Assembly: GCA_002633005.1 (NCBI GenBank)
Contig: NMRA01000553.1
Location: forward strand, 124,161 to 188,160
Reading direction: 5' to 3'
Length of the DNA: 64,000 nucleotides
DNA from: Phoronis australis
Lineage: Eukaryota; Animalia; Phoronida
Of this stretch, positions 1 through 12,300 are shown one piece after another; the stretch's first letter is position 1, and every line of letters begins with the position of its first letter. The notes beneath the pieces are model-generated. The model did no database searches and was not told the origin of the DNA. It saw only the letters and a program-made list of their open reading frames with translations. The position numbers and the translations under genes were made by a program.

Positions 1-242
1 AATCATGGTGTAGTGGCCAAACTAACCATATACAGGTTAAAAATTAACATAATTTATACCACAACCATACATTTGTTACAACTTTTAAAATTTTTGACAT
101 AAATCCAAGAACTTTTCCTCAGGTATAAAAGAAACTAAATACAAATAACAACAAGCTTTTTTGCACTTAAAATTGCAAAGCCTAAGTTTGGCATTTTGTC
201 TTTTCCTTGCACAACCCTGAGTCACCCCCCCACAACACTTAC

Positions 243-393
243 GGCGAAGAGCTCTTGCGAAGTGATGTAACTCTTCATGCCGTCCGAGGTGAGTGCGCGG
301 AACGCTTGCTCCACGTCGGCGCTCGACTGCACGTTCTCTGTCTCACGGCTGATCATGAACGCCATGTACTCTTGTAGTGAGACGTAGCCGTCC
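243..393 (-). CDS. SPTAN1: alpha-spectrin coding exon 42 (EF-hand region)
   Basis: [21 protein letters not shown]...ELFA; ttacag acceptor, gtaagt donor. Confidence 0.93.
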
Positions 394-3300
394 CTGTAAC
401 GAGGTAACAACAAGGTTAGTCAAGAAATCAGGACGTTTCTGTTTCTTACAAGTTGAAGAAGAAAAAAACATTGTGCGGACATTACACATGTTATATTCAA
501 ACAATTTTATAATTGAAGCCTTACAGCTGATTAGCTGAAACAAATTTTAAAAAAATTCAGAAACTTTGTGACCGTTGAACTATGGTTCGACAGGTCACTT
601 GGCAGATTTGACGCACCAGGTACGTGTTCTGTAACCTTAGTCACTTACAAGACACACAGCAAGAAATTTTGGTTGGAGGAATTGGAGTATTGAATTTTCT
701 TCCGTACTTCATAAGTAAGGACTAGAAGTCCAATCAATTCAATGGTAGCCATTTTTCTAATGTACATTAGTGAGGTCGGGAAATGGTCCGGTTTTGCAAT
801 TGTGAACTCGTAAGAAACTAATCATAGAGAGCACAAGTCCAGGTCAACTAGAACTGAAAGGGAATTATTCGTCAAATAATCTATACGTTCCTGCCAAAGA
901 CAACTGCAGCAAAAGAGACACATAAAATCAGGCTACCCGAACAACACAGTTCACACACTATGAACACAGTTCCACATTCAAGAACACGACTCACGGGCCT
1001 GGCTTGTAAATTCAATTCGCCGACTCGGATCTGTCATCGATCGGACAACATTGCTGGAATGCTGAATTGTGGGGCAAAACAATTTGAAAACGCCTAGAAT
1101 ATTCACTATTCCAATTGTGTAGGGCAAGGTTTCTCGCCACATCACGCGACCAGTTTAACTCTCACCAACATTCATAAAGACACGTGACAGCACTTTACCT
1201 GTTGGGGTCAACAGAGTCGAGTATGGCCTGGAACTCAGGGTCCACCTGTCCCTCCTCCACCATGGGCAGGTCATAGCCCAGGGCACGCAGGCATGACTTG
1301 AACTCTTGATGGTCCAGCTTGCCAGACTTATCCTTGTCGAAATGTCTGCAAGAGAAGATAACATGTGCTGAAGGGGTGTTGACTGGCAGTAAGACTGTGT
1401 AATGGGCATGACATGAGTAATGAGGCAATCATCACTGACTCACTTATTGAATGGACTTAGGGACACTGCTGAGCACAGGATGGTGTCATCACAAACACAA
1501 TCTACAGTAAGTGAATGAAACAATATATCCTCTTCATACGAGAGCTGGTAATCACTTCTTCATCTTATTGTAAAGAAATTTACTTTTTCCAGTGAATTCG
1601 AAGCCCTAAAGCCACACAGCTCCTTGTGCCAGCCTTCCCCCCCCCGGTACCTTGCGACCACTCAACTGAACATCATACTTAACCCCCTCTCATGTCCCTG
1701 TACCCTGCAGCCACTCAAACATCATGCTAACCCCCCCTCTCATGACCCCGTACCCCACAGCCACTCCCTTGAACATCACCCTAACCCCCTCTCTCATGTC
1801 CCCGTACCCCGTGGCCACTCCCTTGAACATCACCCTAACCCCCCCCTTTCATGTCCCCATACCCCATGGCTACTCACTTGAACATCATGCTAAACTCCCT
1901 CAGAGCCTCCTCCGTCACTCCGCTCGTGTTGCGAGCCTGAATCTGTTGCTCCAAGTTGTGCTGCATCCTCATACCCAGCTGGTCCAGTTGATCCCACTGT
2001 TGGGCCAGACCCACTGTGCTGTGTTCAGTGTAGCGGTTGTCTGCAGACAGAGAGAACATAACCTATTAGCTGAAGTATCTGGGACACGTAGGTTGAACCT
2101 CTTGACATGCATTTTCAACTGAACATCCCAAATATGCCTTCAAACTGAAATCTTGAATGTTTTCCTCTTGGGAATTTTTGTAAAAGTATACTTTAGCAGC
2201 TAAAGACGTTTTAGTCCATTGTCCAATCAAAACCAAACATCTTTAGAGAGACAGAGATTAGAAGCAATAGCTTTACACTGAAGAGATAAACTACAGAAAT
2301 CCTAATAGGCGACTTTACACTTTTACAATAAATAGCAAAGCAGAAAGTTTAACATTGTCTCACTCAAAGCTGAGAGGCTTGCTTTGAAATGCAGATTTAG
2401 AGATTTGATTAACATTATCCCATGAGAACTACACTACAGTAACACAATTGTGGCCATAATGCATTTACACGACCAGTTACACAACATGATCAATTCAATC
2501 AAAAATATTTGTAAAGTCCATACCCAGGATAAGTCTCTCTTCCAATGAAGCCCCTAAATCTTCAATGTGTTTCAGTTGTCCCTTCTGCGAGCGCACCTCC
2601 GTAGATTTCTGCTTGGTGGCCTCCAGTTGGTCCTCCAACGATCCGGAACCTTCCATCATGGCCGATCTGAATAATACAAAAACACAGCGTACAAATTACT
2701 GTAAATACTAAGTAAGACTTTATAACCAAAAAGAAAAGACCCAAAACTGGAATAAAAGAAGATACTTTCTAGACTAACATCAAGTTGTCTTTTTGGAATT
2801 TGCAAAGAATGGATTCAAAGTTAAAGACAAGTAAAAATTTGTTGCACCTCAGCAATATCAAAGTCTCAATTGTCGCAGCTTTTTGGGGCTTTTTACATGT
2901 ATAAATCACATCCAACTTTGCCTTTGCCACATCTGCCAGACACAATATTGGTCAATGAAAATAATAATTTGTGAAAAAAGGTATCACGACACGATGCAGC
3001 ACAAAATAACAGTAAACCCAACAAAACACTGACTACTTGGCTCACATTCTGTCACAGAATTTTAAAAATTCCCAGATTTTCAGGCAAGCAAGCTTTGTGA
3101 AGAATGTCACCGAGTCACAGTGAATCCATTCTAAGCATTTGTCATTCTGAAGTAACATTTTACTGTTGTAATGGCAACAAAAGAAAATTTGGAAAAGTAC
3201 ACCAACACGTGTTGATGAGCAATGTCATTTTTTCTTAGCTCAAAACTGCCTCCGAAATTCAAAACTAAATCAAGGCCGATATGGGTCACACTCCTGTCCA

Positions 3301-6300
3301 ACTGACACATACTGCTGTAAGATTAAAGAGTTAATTTCCCACATAGTGACGTGCAGACGCTGACCCTGCCTCATTGAATTACCAAAGCCACATTATTTAC
3401 GCCTCCTTACCTGGTCTCGGTCAGCCAGCCGTGAAACAGGTTGGCCGACTGTGCAAACTGCTTGCGGAGTTTGTCGTTCTCTTCCTGGCGATCCTGTTCA
3501 CTGGCCAGGTCAGTGTCACGATCCTACAATGGGCGAGGGGTGAAAACATGGAGTTAAAGAGGACAAAGCAAGAATAGCAGGTGACAGTCGAGAGAAAATT
3601 CAAACTTGGATCTTGTTTTGAAAATGGGGTGAATTTGAATTCATCAACTCAATTGAAAAGTAAAATGTGCTAATAATCTGGATTGAGCAATGGCTTCATC
3701 AGTACGAAAGCCTGTTCATTGCTGTGGCAGAGATTCATACATCTCCTTGTCTTGATCAGGATAACTGATTTAGTGAAAGAATTGCATACAACAGATTTCC
3801 ATTTTTTAAATGAAACGTCAAGATTCCCTTTAAAGCCTAACTTAAAGAGAATTTGGTTAGTTTAGATGAATTAGGACAACCAGATAGTCCTAGAAAAACC
3901 TAAGCAAATAAGAAAACCTGAGTTAAACACTCAAATGCAGGCCTGTCAAATGACAAACAAAGCTGCCTTTTCGTGCCATATTGCGTCACCGCAAGATCCC
4001 AGCACAAACAACAAAAGGCCGATAACAGTTGTATTGAATATGGGTCTGAATAGAACACCATTGCGTGTGGGTGTTATTCACAGCTGCTTGAATTAAAAGG
4101 TGATTCTCGCGGTGACGTAGACAAAAGCAAGCCAATAAGCCAAATAGTTTATTTTATTTGTTAATTTACAGCACTGGTGTGCTCAGAGCGATGCTTTTAA
4201 AATACTGTAGAAACAAAAATTTACAGGTGTTACAGTTCAAGATGGGCTTTAAGTGTCGCGAAGTATTTCAGACAAATGACTGGAGCAAACGTAGGACAGT
4301 AGTGTACAAACTCCATTTCTAACTGAACATTCAAAACAAATATCTGACACATTCAAAATGTTAGACTCAATCCTTTATGGTGCATTACCCCGATCACGAC
4401 TATCACTTTACCTTGATGATTCGCTGCAGGTTTCTCCAGGTCTCATTGAGAGCCTCCATGGTGAACCACGTGTACGGATTGGGGCCCACGTTGAAGCTCT
4501 TGATCTGCTTGTCCAGGGCGGCCAGCTGGTTGAAGTCAGCCTGGGCTGCACTGAGGGATGCCTTGAACTGGTCGTGAGCCTCACGAAGTGCCTACAAATA
4601 GATGGATGGACACAAATTTGGTCACAAGGATGCAACTACTCATTCACATACAATAGACAATTCGTGAAATCTCCAAGCTATGGCTCTTAATCTATTAACA
4701 ACAGCAACTCCCTGTAATCAACAACTCCGATACAATAAAAGTGTTGTCCCAGAGGTCGAATGCTTGCTAACACTTATATGAAGCCAAAGGAAAAGCATTT
4801 AATACTTGCCCTTGCACTACAGTAAATGAACAGGCAGCAGTGGTGGTAGCAATGGGTGCCCAATTCCTACTTTTAACATTTAATATACTATTACACAACA
4901 CTCACTATTATCTCCTCCACAGAATTACACCTGACAGGGTCAGTCAAGTCCTCTTCCGCGTTCTCAAACCAGCTGTTGAAAGCCGACGCTTTCTTGGCGA
5001 ACATCAGGTAGAGGTCCTCCACCTGACGGTACTGCTCCTGCAGCTGTAGGAGGCGCTGCTTGCGGGCGCTGGAATCATCCAGCAGCTGCTGCCACCTGGA
5101 GACGAAGAGAGGAGACATAGTTATTAAAATGAGGGCTTAAAGTGCCTAGTGTAAAAAGTAAATCTCTACGCTTTCTAACAAACATAACAGTGATCTTCCA
5201 GTTAACAATCTCACATGTGGAAAAGTGGTAAACAAATGTAGACATAGACAATAGCAAAAATAGATCTTCTTTCATTCCATTGCAATCCTTGTCTGCATAA
5301 TTGTTTTCAATGATCATAAATAGTTGAATAATTCTTGTTATCATTACTATGCAGCCATCTGCTTATGACATGCAACCACACCTCCTCACAATTAGCCACA
5401 CCCACCTGTCCATCACTTCCTGCCACCGCTTCTGTATGGCCGGTGTCTGCTCATGCTGCGCCTCCACCAACTGATTCTTCAGGGCTGTGATAGTCTGTAT
5501 GCCTTCCTTCTCAAACGCCTGCAGTCCAGCATCGAAAGTCTCCTGCTTCGTCAGGAGTGTTTGCACAGACGACAGGTCACGACCGTAGTCCTCAGAGCGC
5601 ACCTGTGTCTCTTTGTCGGCTGGAATGATTGACGATACGATATTAGAGAACTTTTAGATCAAATGAAGGGAGTTCCAGGGGGAGGAGTCCAGATGAAGTA
5701 GAGACACTGAGTGACAGTTACACACACAGTTGTCTTACAGGACAGAATGCTCTTCAGTAACCTTCCATCACAAGTAGTTGTTGTGGTTTAGTTGCATCAC
5801 TTTAAACTTCATAAGTTCATAAACATTTTGAAATATATTTGTTGACAAACTAAGTATTTTTAGAGTCACTTAGTTTTTATCTGTTTTAACACTAAATAAG
5901 CTACATTTGACTACATTTATAATTGGAAAACTTAGAAAAAAGACCAATTCATTCACGAAATACATTGAACTTCAACCAGAAGCGAACAAAAAATTAAGTC
6001 AATCACCCAAAAAGCAGAGTGTTCATTTCTATGGACCGTGGAATTTCACTACATACAAGAACATTTACAGTCTTGAATGATTTTCATAATGCGCCATTAC
6101 TGTAACAAGGTGCAGACTAATAACAGCCCTCCAACGTACCTATCCAGCTCTCTACCACGTCAGTCTTCCAGATGAACTGTAGGAAGGCGGAGTTATCAAT
6201 CAGACGTGCCTTGCGCTGATTGGCCGCCTGCTCTAACGAGCCGATCTTCTCCTCCAGAGTGGCGCAACGTGCCGAGATCTGCTCGGCGTTGTGGTTGCCC

Positions 6301-9300
6301 TCGCCGATAAGCTTGTCTCCCTCACGTTTGATCTCACCACAGCGGTCCTTGTGCACTTGGAGGTCAGTCTCGAAGGCATCATGCTTCTTCAACAGGCCCT
6401 AGAAATGAACAAGGAGGTGATGCCATTTCACTTTAACTATAAAATACAGGCTGCAGGCACATTATTCACAATATATTCAAATAAACACAAATTTTCTTAA
6501 CTAATATCTTCTTTGACTCCAGTAAATCATAATGAAATTGACAAATGGCTTGCGATTTTATTTCAGCACTGTACTTCACAATAATAGTTTCTTCATGGTG
6601 TGATGAGTTGACAAATGACCCTAACACGTAAAAACCTTTTTTCAAGCACCAATTCTTAACTCCCATGTATTTTTTCAAATGTACAGTCAGTGGCAAGTCA
6701 AAAAAAGACCCCTTTGCGGAAATTGCAACACTGAGCCACAGTGTTTTTTCATGCCTGAACGCATTTGGTCACGGTTCTTGAAAACAAGAAAGATCAAAAT
6801 AAAATAGTTTAATGGTATAATAACTACATAGATTTTTATCTAAGCAATAGTCAGTTACGGGGTCCCCGTATTTTGAAAACCAAGTTTCTCCAACGAATAA
6901 CGACTATCAAACTAATTCTCCTGTAAGAAACTATCGCCTTTATCCCTTTCTCTGTTTATAATAAAAATAAGCAAAAAGTTCCAAGAGAGAACAAAGCTTT
7001 CTTGTAACTTGTCTCACCTGCACGGCAGCCAGTGTATCTCCGTAATCGTCACCGGACAACAAGTGTTGTTTCTCGGCTATCCACGACTCCTCCTCTTCTA
7101 TGTTGGCCGAGAACTGTTGATAGGCCAGTGACTCCTCTAACTTTTGACCTCTGGTGGCCGCCATGGTGGTCAATTCTAGCCAGCTCTCGGCCAACTGGTC
7201 CAGGCGAGCTTTGATGTCGTCTGCGCCGAGGCTGGACTCTGCCATCAGCTGGGCTCCCTGTTCCTGTACTCCCTGTAAAGTGGATATAATGAACTCAACC
7301 ACATGGTGCAGACTTGCATGTGAATGTAGATGGTAAATGGATTGGAGGGGTGTAGTACAATACACTTAACTTTTTGCACGGATTGGCCAATGAGTGATTA
7401 TAATAAGTAGGGGAGGCAATGTACTGAACTCTCAATTAAAGTGAATAAAGCATGAAGCAGACGGAGGACAAGGGAGACAACCACGAGATATAAAGCAGCA
7501 AGTTGAAGTACATACCGCCTAGAAGTGAAAAAGGAAACACTTGTTTTCAACTGTTTAGACAGGGTACGTGGCAGTTAAAGTTATCAGTTTTGCGAAAAAG
7601 AGGCCGGGAGAAAAGGAACTATGGGTATGCGAAGTCAATAGTGAATTTTTAATCAAGGAAAACAGCTTTCAGTTGCAGTGATTAAACTTCATTGTGGGAT
7701 TGAGCAGTGATGAGGCGAACTATAACTGAAATCGGAGTATCTTGTTCTTACATTACAACTTTGACCGTGATGTCTTGTAATGACACCATATCGGTAGTAG
7801 TGACATTAATACAAGCAGTAAAATCACCAATTTCTACCAGAAATAATAGAAAGGAGAGGAAATAGGCAGAAAATCGCGCCAGACTTCACCAACAAAGTAG
7901 CAGGCAAAGGAAATCGCCAGGACAGACCCAGATGGTATGGAAATTTACTGACCACAACCACCAACCTTACATCTAACAAAAATTTTTTAACTTTCTGCAA
8001 AGCCAGGCTTTTACATCCCACCAGTAAGCAACCTCAGGGTTCCTCTATTGTGCATTGCAAAAGGCCTACGGAAAGATATGTAAAGCACACTAAATTAATT
8101 ACAAAAATCTCATTTTGCTTGACTGATGGTGGTGGGAGGGGGGGGTGGAGGTTCTAAACTTCAAGTAAGACCCAAGATGGGGGTGGGGGTGGGGCACATG
8201 TCAGGGAAAATTTGTGACGGAGTTGAAGAACAATCTGCTCTTTGAAAAATTGGAAAACGCCAAAATAAGAGGCAAACACTGGTAGAATGGCTATGCACTT
8301 GAGGCGTGACGCACAATAACCTGTCCAAAGATAAAGCAGACATAATCCATGTCCCAAAAGCAGTTTTTAGGACACTCATCCAGTTAAGACAAGCGCAGGT
8401 GAAGTGCGTTCACAAGCAAGCACCACCATGCACTTAAAGGATTTTTTCCACTAGGTTTACAACAGTCGTGTCGACTACAGAGGCACTAAAGAGACACCTT
8501 ACGCCCCTACATTCACAACTTGGACTCTTCCACCCTGGAGTCAGAGTTGAAGGTCAAAGTCGTGACTGGTACTTACAAGTCTCTCACGCGACTCCAATAA
8601 ATGAAGATTACCCTCCACATACTGCAACATTGAACACTGGGTAGCACAGTGGGTAATGAGGGGTAGCACAGGGGTTAAGAAAGGGACAGTGTTGAACGAC
8701 GGGGTCGACTGACTACCGGGGTATTACAGTAGTTTCAAAACATGAAAATTTCTCGGCAAAATTTATAAACCATTTTGCTATCTTTGTCAAAGCTGGCCAT
8801 CAAATATCTGCGTCGTAATTCTTTTTAATTTATAGGGTTTGATTAAATTTTGTATAACTTCAATATCAGTTGAACTTAAAAGGTATTTTGCCTTGAGTTT
8901 TGTTTTAAAAACTGCTGTATTTGTAGCCACAAGTCAGTAAGCTACAAGAACGAGCACAGACCAAAGGTCACACAACTCACATACGACTTGAGAAAAGACA
9001 ATGCAAGAAACAACAGTTACGAAGACTCAGCACAAATGGTACTCCTGTCACATAGTATCAGGCAGCACATTCTCGACACTTACTAAGACACAACAGAGGG
9101 CATTCACGAAGCAATGGCGATTAACCAGATGGACTGTTATTGCCCTCAAGTAGACGAGGGATAGACTCAATTTGATACAAATATTTTACAAAAAATCTTT
9201 CCATAAACACCACAGACTCAGTGATGCAAACTACTGTGAAGTACAGTAGTTCCCCCTTTGAGCACCAGGGGGCACCACTAATGCAACCACTTCCATTGCT

Positions 9301-12300
9301 TTGCTCAACTTTCCCACTGAAGACTATGCAGAAAACGAGACACAGACTGACATCTTCTGGACAAAAACCCATCCAACAGAAAAACTGGATTAAGATTTAC
9401 TCACATCATTTTTAGTGGATATCTAAGAATTAAAAAGTACAACTCAACATCTCTATTAGAGCATAGTGACTTTTTTCAGTTTCGTACAATCTCACACGTC
9501 AGTACACAGGCAGACATAAGCACAATAGCACACGCACAAAGCACTAGCCATTCAAAGGTGGCGCTTTACGGTGTTTTGCACCATGCTTGGAAACCTTGAG
9601 CCTTGTTTGAAAAGCTCCTAGTTGTGCTCAAAATCTTGAGGCAAGTTTCAAAGGCCTGAATTTTTACTTCTTTACAAGACAAAATGATGACCAAAATAGC
9701 AGTACTTCTTTTTATTATTGTGCAGAAAAATGATTGTGACATGCCCGGCAAGTGAGAATAATGCGTAAATATGGTCGTTTTGTGAATTAGTAAAAACGAA
9801 GATTAGGACACGAAAACACAACGTGTACTTAGAACCCCGTTTGGATTTTGCTCCGGGAGAATTGTGTGATCGAAGGTACTGGAAGACACAGTGCCTCAAA
9901 TTAAGGAGACGTGATTAAACCAAACAGTACAATACACATAGTTTTGATTGAACTGTACTATTGTCATCAAGAGTAATGTTAAAACCAGAGAAAAATACAG
10001 TGTTATACAAATGGCAAAATGAGTTACCATTGTTGGCAGCATTGTGTGTTAAATAGACTTAACACACAATGCTGCCAACAATGGTAACTCATTTTGCCAT
10101 TTTTGGCAAATTATTTTTCTGTAAAATAAGTGAAACGTTACACGGTATTCGTGTTATTTCACTTTTCTGATATAGTTCCTGATGACCTTTGCGTGATTCA
10201 ATTGAAAAGCATCGTGATTCGCAGTTGCATCCCGACATACTTGTACGCCCCGACATACTTGTACGCCCCGACATACCTGTACTGTAGGTTCATGACTAGC
10301 CAGCTCGGCCTCCAGTCTCTTGTGTTTCTTACGCAGGTTCTGGACACCGGTCAAATCGCGGCCGTAGTCGTCTGAGCTGACCAACAGTTTCTTCTCGCGT
10401 ATCCACGCCTCCTCGTCATCCACATCGCGCAAGAACGCGTGAAGAGTCAGGGCCTCTGTCAAGCGAGCACGGCGCTGGGCAGCCAGGTCCTTAACACTGC
10501 GGAGTGAAATTAGGGAGTATTCGTGAATAACCAAGAATAAAAATTTTGCAGTCACCATTTCAAAAACTTGCAGCAAATGCTAAAATTTGTATTCCTTCAG
10601 TCTCTTCAGAACATGTTCATCTTGGGCTGGGGGGGGAAGTAGTGTCACTCTGCACGGTGGCTTAGAATTTTGCAGAAATTTCTAAATCATGGGAGTTATT
10701 CACACACAATTGAAACTGACATGCAAGGTCAGTGAGAAAGTAGTTCTTTGTGAACCCTGCTTTTTAAGTCATACAACTGTGACAACTGGTCTGTGTTAGT
10801 TGACACAGCTTAACAAATGATTTATGGTCCTGGCTGAGAAGACAATCATTTTACTAACCACCCTATAGGTTTTGAATAGCTAAACCTGTAATGTTATCAG
10901 TACAGACCAGGTTAAAAGCCAAGCGAAATTTTCCATGTTTATTTTTTTCTGAAAAATAACGTATATATCATACATTTTGAATGTTTACTGCAATTCATTT
11001 GTACAGACTGAGACAGCGCACCATTTTGGTAAAGAATTGTGTTTAATATTCAACTCCTGGGTTGAATTACTCAACAGTCCAATAACCTGCTTTATTAATT
11101 GGCCAAACTTTATGCAAATTTGCAGTAAAGAATTATAAACTCATTTTGCCTAAACAACACTCAATAGCAACAGTTAAAAAAGCTCACAGCAAAAATTCTC
11201 CAGTTTGGGACATTCTCCAAGATTTGGTACACTGAAATTCAAACCAAAACAGAATTTTCTAGATTCTGAAGACTGGTACACGGATTATTTTGGCGTTCAT
11301 CATATCTCTCAATTATCGGACAACGCTTTTTGCATCAATCAAGTTTGGAAATAGACGGGGCACTTCACAAGTGACGGAAATAGCCCAGAATGCAACATCT
11401 TCACACACGCCCACAGTGTGTAAAAAAGATGCGTTGTCTTTGATCGCAATTCTTGAAATTGCAAAAAATTAACTAAGGCTCCAACCTTGAGCAAAAGTAT
11501 TAAATTTCCTATGTCCCAAACCAGAAAACTTTTACCAAAGTCGTTTTAATGACATATCTAATTTATCACGGACCGTCACTCACTTCTCGTAACGCTCATT
11601 AATGGAGTCTCTCTTAGTTGCCAGCGCCTCAGCATCCCACACACCAGACTCAATGAACTGGTTAGCAGTGTTGGTCAGATCCTTGATACGGTCCTGTAAT
11701 AGTATTAAGATAGATTGGAGAACGAGAGCTCTGGAGTTTTAAGGATATATGATCATCACTCATGTGCGGAACAAGATAGCCAAAAACACAGGGTGTTAAG
11801 GAACGATGAACTCCATTTGAAATTGCCAGTTTCTGTTATCTTTTTGGAGAGTTTGAAACAGCACATCGATTAAGTATTCGTCAGGCATGGGCAAATCAAG
11901 GTGACGTAGGACCCTAGAAAATGTCCAAGTTTGGAACATCCTATCTCAGTCGGATTCATATGAAACTTTCAGAGGAATTGTTTATAAAATATTACACTTT
12001 TGCAAAAACGAAATTTATATTATTTTAATGAAAAAACAAATCAAAATGCACTTAAAATGAAAACAAAATGGAAATTAAAAAAATTGTGTTCAAACAGTTA
12101 CTTTCCTTCTGCTTACTTTACTAACAACACAACACATCGTCACAAGACCCAGTTCAAGCCATATTAGGGAGTTGTCCTTAAGGTCCTGCATAACCCTAGC
12201 ATTAGAACAAAAAACATAATTATGGAAATAAGGATACCAGCAGAACAATAACCCAGTCCCCAAACTATATGCCTCCTGCCTCGCCCACTGCCCCGCCCAC

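Noticed and set aside
1624-2122. Plus-strand Pro/His-rich ORFs
   Set aside because: Products of the C-rich minisatellite and of the antisense strand of a spectrin exon.
9083-9145. gtaagt donor with nearby AGs as another cassette exon
   Set aside because: Both plausible acceptors give in-frame stops and have weak pyrimidine tracts.
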